A stretch of DNA of 64,000 nt from Trichormus sp. ATA11-4-KO1 (GCA_019358915.1 JAHHIM010000065.1:192001-256000), one strand, 5' to 3'; positions 1-11,023 are shown, counted from the first letter of the stretch. Notes: a model not told the origin generated them from the letters alone. Program-made: numbers and translations.

Positions 1-122
1 TCCTATCCGCTTCAAGACTCATCAGGCATGGATTTTAGTCCCGCTTAAGCATTGCTAATAAATCCTGAGTGCTGAATAAAGATAGCACCTGCGGTGCTTA
101 CTGAAAAGCCTTTTACTTCTTT

Positions 123-1823
123 CTACTCAGCACTCAGCACTTGGTCATTTTTGAGTGTGACAAAAATGTCATAGCGAGTACTGCGATGATCACTGACAGC
201 TGTTGTCACCCCAATTGAGCGTGTGGCATCTAGAAAAATTTGTTGGTTAGGGAATAAAGTATTTAAAGTAAAGTTTTTAACAGTTCGTTCCATATCCAAG
301 AAAAATTGACCATTTGTGGGATTGGGTTCTGTGGGAACTGTTTGTTGAAATGGTAGGGAACTAGCTAGTGTGTTATCAGGTTTGGGAACGATTTTATCTG
401 TGATGGGAGCACCCACTACTAAAAAAGCGATATTTTCATCTAACCATCCGTGGGTAGCGGTTAAGGTGTTAAAGGGTGTAATCCAGTTAACAACTGGTTT
501 ACCTGCGACCGTGCCTGGTTTAATTTGGAACTGGTATTGATTTTCCATCACCTCATCCAGCTTTTTTAAGGATGCTTCAGCTGATTGGCGATCGCTGGCC
601 TTTACCATGAATACCAAACCCGCTCGAAAATTCTTTGAGGCATCATCTTTTGAGTTATTGGGAATCACGGAAACGGAAAACTCACCTTGCATCCAACTGA
701 GCAAATCCTGATCTAAATCTAAGTTGGTCAGAGATTTTACACCACTGCGTAACTGTTCTGGTGATATGGGCGAGAGGGGATTTTTTTGCGATGTGGAAAC
801 GTAATCTTCCCACAACCGCTTTAAGTTTCCACCAGAAAGCATCATTAAGGTGTCAGCAGGTACACGGTTTTGCATTGTCCCGGCTTTGTTTTCCACCGCT
901 AGCACACGCTGACTACGAGGATTGAGCCAGGAAATGCCCTTTAAGCGTATCCCTTCTGGCTCCAAAGTCATCGTTCCCGCTAAGCCTTGGTTGTTCTGAA
1001 GTTGAGTTAAAACCTGCGCAGGTAAACGGCGACTGGGAGAAGCAGCCGCTATTTTGGCAGCTATGGGCACATTCACGTAAAACTGGGCAAAGGTTCTGTA
1101 ACTGGAGACTTTTGGGAAATTTTCAGCAAAGCCGCCTACTCTTGCTAGGGATGTTTTACTCTTGTAAGCATCAATTGCTCGTTCTGTGGCTTGGGGATGA
1201 TCTGTGATCACTAAGAACCGTTCATCTAATAATGTGGCTGAAAGGTTTTCTCCTGCTTTTCCCTGACTTTGTTTAATAGTAATACCCTGATATGTGCGTT
1301 CCATCCATTTGCCTTGTTTAGGTTGTGCTAAGAGAGATTTGGCTGCTTTTGGGTTTTTTATGGGCAATACCATCACCATTGACTGCTGAGCACTAGCAAC
1401 ATCTGCATCGGTGGCTACTGGTTTGAGTGCAGGTTGATTTGTTGATGGGGCTAAAATTGCTAGGGTAACTTGATCCCCTATCCAAGGGGCGATATCTTTG
1501 TGGAAGTCATAGCCATTATTGGTCAGAAAGCGATCGCGCAACTGCGCTAAATTTTTCTTGACTTCCGCTTGGGTTTGTTTTGTCCCCAACTCCTGCAATT
1601 TCTGCCATTGTTGGGTATCTGTCGTTAAAGAAACTGTAAACAGAGCATCTTGAGGGATAATATTTGCACCCACTGGCAAGTTTCTAGACAATGTTTGTCT
1701 CTGAATTAAAAACCAGTGTGTTGCTGCGCCACCAACAATCAATAATCCAGCAGTCGAAAGCGTCAGCACCAGAGACGGTTTCTTTGTTTTCTTTTTTAAA
1801 ACAGACACAATAGGCAATGCCAT
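123..1823 (-). CDS. DUF3352-like membrane-anchored cyanobacterial protein
   Basis: 566-aa ORF with an N-terminal basic stretch, a TM helix and motifs such as GANIIPQDALF and DIAPWIGD typical of this family (recognised from memory). Confidence 0.75.
   Translation of the reverse strand: MALPIVSVLKKKTKKPSLVLTLSTAGLLIVGGAATHWFLIQRQTLSRNLPVGANIIPQDALFTVSLTTDTQQWQKLQELGTKQTQAEVKKNLAQLRDRFLTNNGYDFHKDIAPWIGDQVTLAILAPSTNQPALKPVATDADVASAQQSMVMVLPIKNPKAAKSLLAQPKQGKWMERTYQGITIKQSQGKAGENLSATLLDERFLVITDHPQATERAIDAYKSKTSLARVGGFAENFPKVSSYRTFAQFYVNVPIAAKIAAASPSRRLPAQVLTQLQNNQGLAGTMTLEPEGIRLKGISWLNPRSQRVLAVENKAGTMQNRVPADTLMMLSGGNLKRLWEDYVSTSQKNPLSPISPEQLRSGVKSLTNLDLDQDLLSWMQGEFSVSVIPNNSKDDASKNFRAGLVFMVKASDRQSAEASLKKLDEVMENQYQFQIKPGTVAGKPVVNWITPFNTLTATHGWLDENIAFLVVGAPITDKIVPKPDNTLASSLPFQQTVPTEPNPTNGQFFLDMERTVKNFTLNTLFPNQQIFLDATRSIGVTTAVSDHRSTRYDIFVTLKNDQVLSAE
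1530..1537. repeat. HIP1 octamer GCGATCGC (example copy; dozens occur across the window, e.g. 37975-37982)
   Basis: The palindromic octamer is seen repeatedly in coding and non-coding DNA; it is a known cyanobacterial signature. Confidence 0.95.
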
Positions 1824-2219
1824 TGAAATCTATACCTCATATCTTGCGAACTGATTACTTGACCAATCAAGCAAGTAAACCAAAATTTTTTCTGTTTCTA
1901 GGGCAGTTAATTAGATGAATTTCTCTACCCCTGATGTCATTGCTGCTTCAGCAATCCACTTTACTTTGGTCACACTTTCAAAATAAGTTTTTTGTAATTA
2001 GTTAACTTTTCTAACATGCTCTGTTGCATTTAGCAGGCGAGTTTTTGGGAACAGTTCTGTCATCTGAGAATATAACTAACTTAAAAAAGCTGCAAGTGTT
2101 CATCATAGGCAGACTTATATGTATGGACACAACTTCCATTTGTTGGATTTAATTTGACCAATTCAGAATTATTCAATTATCAGATAGGGTATCCAAAGCA
2201 ACAAGTTCCCTCCCTTTGT

Positions 2220-2849
2220 TCATGTTTTCCCATTAGAGGAACTCATCTGTGCAGATCCCAAATATTTCGTTAAATAAGGCGAAAAAACTTCATAAATCAA
2301 GGTTAAGGGCTGTCCATGATGCCAAAACAAGTAGTGGCGACCCCAAAAAGGGCCAGCCACCTCAAACCCTAACTCTAGGGCAGCAGAGTAGCCGTAGTAA
2401 ATTCCTTGAATATCCCGATATAACTCTGTGCGGATCTGAGCTAAACTTGCCCAAATCGGTAGTGAACGATTTTGCAAATAATCATCTATGTGACTAGCTT
2501 CCCACCATGAGGTAGCGTAACCCAATCGCTGACCTGAGGCAGTACGTAACCACACCTGTCGTCGTAGTCTTGGCCCTGGTACAGCTTTAATTAGATCAGG
2601 GGCATCATCTAAATCCATGTCAATTAAAGACATATCAATGACATCGACCTCTGTTGGTTCACCTGTCAGCAATTGTAAGTGCCTTGTCGGCGAGCCGTCA
2701 CCTAACAATAACAATTGCCAAGCTGGTGCTAGCTGAGTGTGAGGCAAACTTTTTTGTATGACTTCCTCCCCACCTTGCCAAATCGGCGTGAGGCGATGCC
2801 ATGCTACTGGCAGTGTTGATTTGTTTGTTTCTGTAAAACTTGCAGTCAA
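2220..2849 (-). CDS. ubiC: chorismate lyase (UbiC-like, DUF98)
   Basis: Motifs LLLGDGSPTRHL, RRQVWL, YATSWW and IYEVF; start codon uncertain (TTG). Confidence 0.8.
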   Translation of the reverse strand: MTASFTETNKSTLPVAWHRLTPIWQGGEEVIQKSLPHTQLAPAWQLLLLGDGSPTRHLQLLTGEPTEVDVIDMSLIDMDLDDAPDLIKAVPGPRLRRQVWLRTASGQRLGYATSWWEASHIDDYLQNRSLPIWASLAQIRTELYRDIQGIYYGYSAALELGFEVAGPFWGRHYLFWHHGQPLTLIYEVFSPYLTKYLGSAQMSSSNGKT

Positions 2850-2978
2850 TTTTCTTTACAAAAGTTCACCTATTTCTATAAAAGCATAAAAAACCCAGGC
2901 GTTCCAATAAGAAGCCAGTAAAAATAGAGAACTAAGAAAAAACACTCCTTAACTACTCAGCACTCAGCACTAAAAAAA

Positions 2979-3059
2979 TGCGGATGGCGAGACTCGAACT
3001 CGCAAGGCAAAGCCACACGCACCTCAAGCGTGCGCGTATACCAATTCCGCCACATCCGC
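2979..3059 (-). tRNA. tRNA-Leu(GAG)
   Basis: Reverse complement reads GCGGATGTGGCGGAATTGGTATACGCG-CACGC TTGAGGT GCGTG-variable arm-GCGAGTTCGAGTCTCGC-CATCCGCA; anticodon GAG; CCA not encoded. Confidence 0.95.
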
Positions 3060-3477
3060 GTTAGTTGTCCAGTAAGTCATTATAGCATAAAAAATAAAAA
3101 TAGTGAGGAAAAACTTAAATTTCCCAAAATTCACTAAAAATTTAAAATTACGTGGTCACAAGTTTCCCGGAGGCGGATATAAGACGGACAGAAATATAGT
3201 AGCTCCACAAGTGATATTAAAAAGGGTATAGCTACTGTGAAATGCAAAATGCACTCACAAAAGCCTAGTTCGGGAAACTGGCAGAAACTAGCAAATCCAA
3301 AATCCAATATTGTTAGTCTAGTTAAGCCCCGTAGAGGCAGGAGCCAAATCCTATCTAAACTCTGTAAGGATGAGGCTGGAAAAACTCCTGTCATAATTTG
3401 AGATAAAGCGAAAGCATTGTTGCAAATGGGATAGGAGACAATGACTATCTACTGGTACTAGTATCGAAGCTAAAATA

Positions 3478-4821
3478 ATGAAGTTTGACAAAATATTAAT
3501 TGCCAATCGGGGAGAAATCGCCCTTCGTATTCTCCGAGCCTGTGAAGAAATGGGAATAGCGACGGTTGCGGTTCACTCCACTGTTGACCGTAATGCTCTC
3601 CACGTCCAACTTGCCGATGAAGCAGTTTGCATTGGCGAACCTGCTAGCGGTAAAAGTTATTTGAATATTCCCAATATTATTGCTGCTGCTCTGACACGCA
3701 ATGCCAGCGCTATTCATCCTGGTTATGGATTTTTAGCAGAAAATGCCCGCTTTGCGGAAATCTGTGCCGACCATCATATTGCATTTATTGGCCCAACTCC
3801 CGAAGCCATTAGGCTGATGGGAGATAAAGCCACTGCCAAAGAAACCATGCAAAAAGCTCTGGTACCAACTGTACCAGGTAGTGATGGGTTGGTAGAATCT
3901 GAGCAAGAAGGATTAGTCATCGCCAAGGATATGGGTTATCCGGTGATGATCAAAGCCACGGCTGGTGGCGGTGGGCGAGGTATGCGTTTGGTACGTTCGG
4001 AAACCGAATTTGTCAAACTTTTCTTGGCTGCTCAAGGCGAAGCAGGAGCAGCTTTTGGCAATTCTGGCGTTTATATCGAAAAATTTATTGAACGTCCACG
4101 CCACATTGAATTTCAAATTTTGGCAGATAATTACGGCAACGTCATCCACTTAGGCGAACGGGATTGCTCAATTCAGCGCCGTAATCAAAAACTGTTAGAA
4201 GAAGCTCCCAGTCCTGCGCTCAACCCAGAGCTACGAGAAAAAATGGGACAGGCTGCTGTCAGAGCTGCTCAGTTTATCAACTTTACTGGAGCTGGCACAA
4301 TTGAGTTTCTCCTGGATAGATCCGGTAAATTCTACTTTATGGAGATGAACACCCGGATTCAAGTTGAGCATCCTGTCACAGAGATGATTACTGGAGTGGA
4401 CTTGGTTGCCGAACAAATTCGGATTGCCCAAGGGGAAAGAATGAAGCTGACCCAAGACCAAATAGTCTTGCGGGGTCATGCGATCGAATGTCGCATTAAT
4501 GCTGAAGACCCCGACCATGACTTTCGCCCCGCCCCTGGACGTATTAGTGGTTATCTTCCTCCTGGTGGTCCCGGCGTCCGCATTGATTCCCACGTTTACA
4601 CCGATTACCAAATTCCTCCCTATTATGACTCCTTAATTGGTAAGTTAATTGTCTGGGGTTCAGACCGCTCCACTGCTATTAACCGCATGAAACGCGCACT
4701 GCGGGAGTGTGCCATTACCGGGCTACCCACTACTATTGGGTTCCATCAAAAAATTATGGAAAACCCACAATTTTTGCAAGGTAACGTCTACACCAATTTT
4801 GTGCAGGAGATGAATATTTAG
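3478..4821 (+). CDS. accC: acetyl-CoA carboxylase biotin carboxylase subunit
   Basis: [32 protein letters not shown]. Confidence 0.97.
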   Translation: MKFDKILIANRGEIALRILRACEEMGIATVAVHSTVDRNALHVQLADEAVCIGEPASGKSYLNIPNIIAAALTRNASAIHPGYGFLAENARFAEICADHHIAFIGPTPEAIRLMGDKATAKETMQKALVPTVPGSDGLVESEQEGLVIAKDMGYPVMIKATAGGGGRGMRLVRSETEFVKLFLAAQGEAGAAFGNSGVYIEKFIERPRHIEFQILADNYGNVIHLGERDCSIQRRNQKLLEEAPSPALNPELREKMGQAAVRAAQFINFTGAGTIEFLLDRSGKFYFMEMNTRIQVEHPVTEMITGVDLVAEQIRIAQGERMKLTQDQIVLRGHAIECRINAEDPDHDFRPAPGRISGYLPPGGPGVRIDSHVYTDYQIPPYYDSLIGKLIVWGSDRSTAINRMKRALRECAITGLPTTIGFHQKIMENPQFLQGNVYTNFVQEMNI

Positions 4822-4877
4822 GGACAAGGAGACAAGGGGACAAGGGGACAAGGAAATTTCCCCCTACTCCCTACTCC

Positions 4878-5171
4878 TTAATTCACATGAGACATCATAG
4901 TCAGCAATCCTTGCTGACCTAAAAGAATTTCCCGTAACAAGCTGAAAATTCCCACCCAAAGAATAGGGGTAATGTCTACCCCACCTATAGGTGGCACTAG
5001 CTTCCGCAACGGCACTAAGAAAGGTTCAGTAGGCCAAGCTATGAGATTAAAGGGCAAACGATTGAGGTCTACTTGTGGATACCAAGTGAGAATGATGCGG
5101 AAAATAAACAAAAAGGTCATTAGTCCCAATACAGGGCCAAGAATCCAAACGGTCAGGTTAACACCAGTCAT
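4878..5171 (-). CDS. YggT/Ycf19 family membrane protein
   Basis: TEPFLxPLRKLVPPIGGVDITP motif. Confidence 0.9.
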   Translation of the reverse strand: MTGVNLTVWILGPVLGLMTFLFIFRIILTWYPQVDLNRLPFNLIAWPTEPFLVPLRKLVPPIGGVDITPILWVGIFSLLREILLGQQGLLTMMSHVN

Positions 5172-5431
5172 CTGTTTGAGCTAATAATTTAGTGAACTAA
5201 GAAATAACTTAGGTGAAAGCCGGAAAATCTCACGCTTTGTTAAGTATTGTTCCTTTAATTTTAACTAATTGAACCAAGAAGACTTTTTTTACTCAGCAAT
5301 CAGACGTTCGGCGAAGCTACTTCGACAAGGCTCAGTACAAGTCAGTCGAGCCGCACTCAGGAAGAAAGCACGTTTTTGGTGGTACACCATATTAGAATTA
5401 TGATGAAGTGTGTAAAAAAAGGTTGAGAACT

Positions 5432-5551
5432 ATGACGCCTTCTTTAGCAAATTTTCTTTGGAGTCTGCTTTGGGGTACTGCAATTGTAGTTATCCCTGCT
5501 ACAGTAGCGCTGATTTTCATTAGCCAGAAAGATAAAATCCAGCGTTCATAA
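5432..5551 (+). CDS. psbX: photosystem II protein PsbX (39 aa; absent from the ORF track)
   Basis: Hand translation gives [39 protein letters not shown]; it sits upstream of ycf66. Confidence 0.93.
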   Translation: MTPSLANFLWSLLWGTAIVVIPATVALIFISQKDKIQRS

Positions 5552-5810
5552 TGAATGTTTGAGCGAGTCAATTAGACTCCCCCAACCTATTGTCTGTCAG
5601 TTGTTTTCCTACATTGCCCTAAAAGCATAAAGTTCTTCTACTGAAGGCGAGGTATACTTAGCTGACAGACGTAGGCAGTTTTAGCTTTCGGTAAATAGCT
5701 TCAAAAGCTCTCTTTGCCAGATGCTTTGAAGCTTAAATATATTGTGCCTGATTAGAGTAGTGATTTTAATTGTGACTCGTTAATATAGATTTGATATTGG
5801 GAAAAGAACA

Positions 5811-6716
5811 ATGATAAATTTTGGGCTGAACTCAGCCAGCGTTCTGGCTCAGGTCAACTTTGGAGCGAACTCAGCCAGTATTCTAGGAATTTTCCTGGCT
5901 GTGTCTGGGGCAGCACTGTATTTTCTGCGGACTGTACGTCCAGAACTGTCAAGAGATCAAGATATCTTTTTTGCAGCTGTGGGCTTACTCTGCGGCTTTA
6001 TTCTTATTTTCCAGGGATGGCGTTTAGACCCGATTTTGCAATTTGGTCAGCTGCTTTTAGTCGGCTCAACTGTGTTTTTTGCCGTTGAGAGTATTCGTCT
6101 ACGAGGTATAGCTACCCAGCAAGCCAAGCGCAACACTCAGATTGTGGATGACGAGCGAGAGGTGAGCAGAAATTATTCCTATAAGAGGGGATATCAGGCT
6201 GAGGTAGAGGAAGATTTAGAACCACTGCCTTATGAAGAGGAAGAACCCCCAGTGCGTCCTCGGATTCGGGGTGGCAGGGATACTCGTTCCTCTCGTGATG
6301 AATATTATGAGGATCAACCACCTCGTCGTCCCGAACGCCGCACTAGTAGGGAAAGGCCAGAAACGGCAGAAAAAAGGCGTCGTCCTCCTAGTTCTGAGCG
6401 TCCTGTAAGTCGTAGCCCTGAGAGATATGAAGAAGAAGATTGGAGTTCTTCTGTTAGGGAAGTTGATGATTGGGACAGTTCAGGTGAGGAAGTAAGGAAA
6501 TCTTCTCGTCGTGAGAGTAATAGACCACCGCGCCCGGACACTCGTGACCAGGATATATCTGCCAGACCCAGAAAACGTCGTCCGCCTGCTGATTCAGGTT
6601 CGCGCAGACCGCGTGAGGATGATGATGCCATACCAACTGAATACGTACCATATAATCCGATTGAAAAGCCCAATGATGAGCCTGATAATTCAACCAATTT
6701 GGATGAAGATATTTAA
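5811..6716 (+). CDS. ycf66: Ycf66 family protein
   Basis: RPELSRDQDIFFAAVGLLCG and WRLDPILQFGQ, followed by a long R/E/D-rich tail. Confidence 0.9.
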   Translation: MINFGLNSASVLAQVNFGANSASILGIFLAVSGAALYFLRTVRPELSRDQDIFFAAVGLLCGFILIFQGWRLDPILQFGQLLLVGSTVFFAVESIRLRGIATQQAKRNTQIVDDEREVSRNYSYKRGYQAEVEEDLEPLPYEEEEPPVRPRIRGGRDTRSSRDEYYEDQPPRRPERRTSRERPETAEKRRRPPSSERPVSRSPERYEEEDWSSSVREVDDWDSSGEEVRKSSRRESNRPPRPDTRDQDISARPRKRRPPADSGSRRPREDDDAIPTEYVPYNPIEKPNDEPDNSTNLDEDI

Positions 6717-6763
6717 AATAGTTGGGCTAGAAGTAGGTTTAGAGGCAACGGAAAACGGTTGAG

Positions 6764-7327
6764 GTGAAACAAATTACGCCTAGATTTCGGCTCCAACGAC
6801 CTATTCATTGGAGCCTGGTTTTTAGCTTTGCTAGTTTGCTGTTATCTTGCAATTCCAATGAAATACCCATAGGCCCTACTTCTTCCCTTAACAGTCGCTA
6901 CACGGAAGAGCAACCGGCATTGAGTGGGAATGGGCGCTTTTTAGCATTTATTTCTCATCGTAATGGCAGCCATCAACTGCTGGTGTACGACTTGGCAGAA
7001 CAACAGTTTATTCGCACACCAGGCTTAAATAGACCACAGACTATTGCCGAAAGTCCTAGTTTGAGCTATACCGGGCGTTATATTGCCTATCTTACTAGTG
7101 ACCAAGGTAGACCTGTGGTAGCACTTTACGATCGCGCTATGCAAAAGTCACAAATTCTCACTCCAACTTATCGTGGCTGGATCAGAAATCCTGGTATTAG
7201 TCCAGATGGGCGTTATGTTGTATTTGAAACAGCCAGTCGTGGTCAATGGGATATTGAAGTTTTAGACAGAGGCCCGAATATTGAGTTAGATATTCCCAAC
7301 GGTGCAACGGTGAGTGTGTCTCCATAG
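6764..7327 (+). CDS. TolB-like PD40-repeat lipoprotein
   Basis: Lipobox LLLSC; repeats PALSGNGRFLAF and PGISPDGRYVVF. Confidence 0.85.
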   Translation: MKQITPRFRLQRPIHWSLVFSFASLLLSCNSNEIPIGPTSSLNSRYTEEQPALSGNGRFLAFISHRNGSHQLLVYDLAEQQFIRTPGLNRPQTIAESPSLSYTGRYIAYLTSDQGRPVVALYDRAMQKSQILTPTYRGWIRNPGISPDGRYVVFETASRGQWDIEVLDRGPNIELDIPNGATVSVSP

Positions 7328-7384
7328 AGAAGTGCTGAGCTGAGTGTTGAGTATTAACCCTTTTATTTCAAGGCTTTGAGCAGT

Positions 7385-7468
7385 TATAGCAGGGAACAGG
7401 CTGGAAAATCTCTGTGTCCAGGTTTAATGATTAGTTTATGTTTTAAGCTATGTGGCAACTGCTATAAA
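7385..7468. mobile_element. small MITE-like element with TTATAGC...GCTATAA ends (related copy at about 18093-18199)
   Basis: Terminal inverted repeats; both copies share a similar right subterminal sequence (...CTATGTG-N6-GCTATAA). Confidence 0.45.
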
Positions 7469-7547
7469 TAGGGGAAAATGGGAAAAATTATGTATTATTT
7501 GTGATTAGTTATTAGTCTTATGACCATTGACTAATGACCAATGACTA

Positions 7548-8090
7548 ATGACTAATAACCAAATGACTAATCGAGCTATTTTTATATCTGTGTTTGCTAG
7601 CTTGAGCTTGTTAAGTAGCTGTGTGGGCTACCCTCGCTTGGTTAGTTATCCCTTTGATCCGGGGGGACGAAGTATCAACAGTCCAGCTGCGGAACTAAAT
7701 CCCCAAATTTCTGGAAGATATATTGTTTTTACTAGCGATCGCCGGGGCAGCCAAGACGTTTATGTGTTTGATACACTGACTCGCAGTTTGGTTGATTTAC
7801 CAGGTTTAAATTCCTTAGATACAATCGCCTCTCATCCTAGTGTTTCTGAAAATGGTCGTTATGTTGTTTTTGCTGCTAGTCGTCAGGGGCGATCTACTAT
7901 TTTTCTCTACGACCGAGAAACACGCCAATCACGAAATTTAACTGCTAACCTGCAATCGGAAGTCCGCAACCCTACTATTAGCGCTGATGGTAGTAGGATT
8001 GCTTTTGAGTCCAATAATAATGGGCAGTGGGATATTTTAGTCTATGAACGTTCTGGACAACCGTTGAATATATCTCAAAATCCGCGTTGA
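7548..8090 (+). CDS. TolB-like PD40-repeat lipoprotein (paralog)
   Basis: Lipobox LLSSC; repeats PSVSENGRYVVF and PTISADGSRIAF. Confidence 0.85.
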   Translation: MTNNQMTNRAIFISVFASLSLLSSCVGYPRLVSYPFDPGGRSINSPAAELNPQISGRYIVFTSDRRGSQDVYVFDTLTRSLVDLPGLNSLDTIASHPSVSENGRYVVFAASRQGRSTIFLYDRETRQSRNLTANLQSEVRNPTISADGSRIAFESNNNGQWDILVYERSGQPLNISQNPR

Positions 8091-8130
8091 GAATGGGGAA
8101 TGGGGAGTAAATCACTCCCTACTCAGCACT

Positions 8131-8160
8131 CCCCTTCGACTTCGCTCAGGGCGAGCGCAC
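8131..8160. repeat. 30-bp small dispersed repeat (copies at 20211-20240 and 40599-40628, both inverted)
   Basis: CCCCTTCGACTTCGCTCAGGGC(A/G)AGCGCAC is near-identical at three loci, each next to ACTCAGC heptamers. Confidence 0.85.
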
Positions 8161-9162
8161 TCAGCACTCAGCACTTTCCTTGATAGATTCAATGAGCGAT
8201 CGCACCTGTTGAGTTCCTGGAGAAGGTTCAAAGGTTAAAGGAAATTTTCCTCGACATAACATCCGCAAACCAAGGGGTGCAAGACTAAGTAATCCTTTAA
8301 GGTCTTTGAAGTAATTACCAACGACTTGTAAACCAAATTGACGTTCATCAATCCAACCACCTGCTTTCACCAAATCTACTAATACTTTCCGATGGCGAAT
8401 TGAGCGACTGTCGTTAGCTTGTTTGCGTGCGAGAATTTCTTGTTTAATTTTAGTAATTTGTTCTAATGGAGCTACGTCCATTGGACAAACTGAATCACAG
8501 TAAAAACAACGGGTACAACCCCACACTCCTTTAGTACCTTCGTTGTAATTTTCTAAGCGATTTTCAGTTTCACTATCACGAGAGTCGGCGACCATGCGAT
8601 AAGCTTTCGCCAGTGCATGGGGGCCAACAAAATCTGAATTAACTTCACGGGCATTACATTCTGAGTAGCAAGCACCACACATGATACAATTGCCAGTCTG
8701 ATCGAGACGCGATCGCTCTAGTGGTGTTTGTAAAAACTCCCTTTCTGGAACTTGTCGTGCTGCCGTACTTACATAAGGAGCTACAGCCTCTAAGTTATGC
8801 CAAAAACTACTCATATCTACGACTAAATCTTTAATCACTGGCATATTGCCTAGAGGAGCTATTGTAATTTCTGAAATAACGGTTGCTTTATTTTCTGGCG
8901 AAGGTATATGTTGTAATCTGGCAAGTTCACTGCCAACATTTTCCTTACAAGCTAAAGCCGAACGCCCATTAATTCGCATAGCACAGCTACCACAAATTGT
9001 ATTGCGGCAATTTTTGCGAAATGCTAGTGTTCCATCTTGCTCCCACTTAATTTGATTAAGGCAGTCCAAGATAGTATTGCCAGGTTCTACCTGCAAAAGG
9101 TAAGTTTTTAGAACAGGGGAGGAATTTTGTTGTTGCCGAACGATCTTAAAAATAACTTCCAT
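8161..9162 (-). CDS. sdhB: succinate dehydrogenase/fumarate reductase Fe-S subunit
   Basis: CRNTICGSC, CIMCGAC and CTRCFYCDSVCP clusters; likely start MEVIFK at 9162. Confidence 0.93.
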   Translation of the reverse strand: MEVIFKIVRQQQNSSPVLKTYLLQVEPGNTILDCLNQIKWEQDGTLAFRKNCRNTICGSCAMRINGRSALACKENVGSELARLQHIPSPENKATVISEITIAPLGNMPVIKDLVVDMSSFWHNLEAVAPYVSTAARQVPEREFLQTPLERSRLDQTGNCIMCGACYSECNAREVNSDFVGPHALAKAYRMVADSRDSETENRLENYNEGTKGVWGCTRCFYCDSVCPMDVAPLEQITKIKQEILARKQANDSRSIRHRKVLVDLVKAGGWIDERQFGLQVVGNYFKDLKGLLSLAPLGLRMLCRGKFPLTFEPSPGTQQVRSLIESIKESAEC

Positions 9163-10585
9163 TACTACCAACCAAAGTCTTAAAATTGCCTCACCAGCCT
9201 CAGAAATCGTGAGTAAAGGCAGGTGGTTGCACAAATTGAGCTATACTCTGGTTGCCCTTAATTCAAAGCCAGTATTAATAGGCTGATGATCAAAGAGCAG
9301 CTGATTCTAGTTTAAGGATAACCATTAAAATTTCATTTGCAGAAGCGTTACAGGTAAGATTAGTGTCAAGCTCTAAAACTAAACACCAAACAGGTAATCA
9401 TGGCTTCGCATTTCATTTACCTGTTTGGGAGTACGAAGACAAGTAGGTTGATGAGGAGCAAGACTGACGTTTATCTCTTGCATAGTGAAAATATCCAAAT
9501 TAAATGCACTAATAGTTTTGATTACATCTTGATGTCAACAGCAGTCTGAGCCATTGGTGGGAAAAATCTCTGATATCGTCACGTAGGAGAGATTTTTGTT
9601 TATATAGAAGCGTGACAACTGTTGACCAACATCTAGTGGTGGTAACAAAGTATTGGGAAGATATGGGAAAATATGGGAAAATTTATTCTTCCCACAGACA
9701 GACGTATAGAATATTTGACCACTTTTTGTCTAGTGACAATAAACCGAGAGGATTTCCTCTCGGTTTATTGTCTGTACTCAATCAAGAAAATCTTGGCTTT
9801 AACTCACATGTCAAAACTGCTTGTCTAAATTTAGATTAATTTTTATAAAAGCTATGCTGCAATAATCACTAGGGCAAAAAGCGGGAGGAAAATCCTCACC
9901 GCTTTTTGTCTTCTCAAGGTCAGAGATTTAGATAAAAGTTTAGCAGCAAGTTAAATTAAAAATTCAACAACAATTTTGCTATTATTAGTCCATGCTAGTA
10001 TTTAATATAAAATTACGAAGTAACAAATCCAGTATCAATAGCCGCATAAGCGCGGTTAATGCTGATTTGTTTATTTGTAATGTAGAGACAAGAAAATTCA
10101 CGTCTCTACAGGCAGGACAAAAGGGTGTATGTCCGTCAGTCCCTATTCAAATACTATGCTGTCCTAAGCTTGAGAGTCAGAGTAGGGAAAACCTAACAAC
10201 TCTGGAGCAATAAAGGCAAGCAGTGAAAGTTGAAAGCCTGCAATTTATTGGGTCTACAACTTATTTGTAGTAGAACTCAAACAACTTGTGAAGGTGGCTT
10301 AAAGTTACACCGCTACAGTAGCGCCAAAAGAGAAAAAAAATAATTTCCGATGGCGAATAATGGTTAAAAGTGCCGTAAAATCACCGAAATTAATGTCTGT
10401 GATCACCATGACTCTAGTCTGTTGTGGGCATCCATAATATAAGCGCTTGTAGCTCACCCTATAAGCAGGAATTCACCCTTCACCCTAGGGTTGTGATTAG
10501 CTCTGTACAGATGCTAAAAAGTCAAATACTGGCATGAAACGACATCGTTTATCAGTTTGGAGAGAGTAAGGAAAATTTGAGCGTA

Positions 10586-11023
10586 ATGACTGAAACTGCA
10601 ACCGCACCATTAACTGGAAAAGCATTGCTTGCTAAGGTAAAAGAACTTTCTAATTTACCACGCCGAGAAAGAGCCAAGCAGTGTGGCTATTACACCGTTA
10701 CTAAGAATAATCAGGTTCGCGTCAATCTCACAGATTTTTATGATGCCTTGCTATCGGCTAGAGGAATTCCTCTCAGTCCAGAAGCACCTAAAGATGGTCG
10801 TGGTCGTGAACCGACATATCGAGTTAGCGTTCATCAAAACGGTCAAATTGTGATTGGTGCTACCTACACCAAGGCAATGAACTTAAAGCCTGGAGATGAG
10901 TTTGAAATCAGACTGGGATATAAGCATATTCACTTGATTCAACTCGGTGAAACTGATAAAAAATTAACCCAGGAAGATGTAGATTCCGACGAATCAGACG
11001 AAGATTTGGAAGACGAAGAGTAA
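10586..11023 (+). CDS. cyanobacterial AbrB-like transcriptional regulator (cyAbrB)
   Basis: PLTGKALLAKVKEL, GRGREPTYRVSV and acidic tail; ATG at 10586. Confidence 0.92.
   Translation: MTETATAPLTGKALLAKVKELSNLPRRERAKQCGYYTVTKNNQVRVNLTDFYDALLSARGIPLSPEAPKDGRGREPTYRVSVHQNGQIVIGATYTKAMNLKPGDEFEIRLGYKHIHLIQLGETDKKLTQEDVDSDESDEDLEDEE

Noticed and set aside
2979..3059. tRNA as an integration site for an island
   Set aside because: No duplicated tRNA 3' end and no integrase in the window.
3134..3394. 86-aa minus ORF between the tRNA and accC
   Set aside because: No motifs; it overlaps STRR-like and structured non-coding sequence.
9612..10213. Two short ORFs (75 and 73 aa) in the sdhB-cyAbrB gap
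   Set aside because: No similarity I recognise; one runs through a perfect hairpin.
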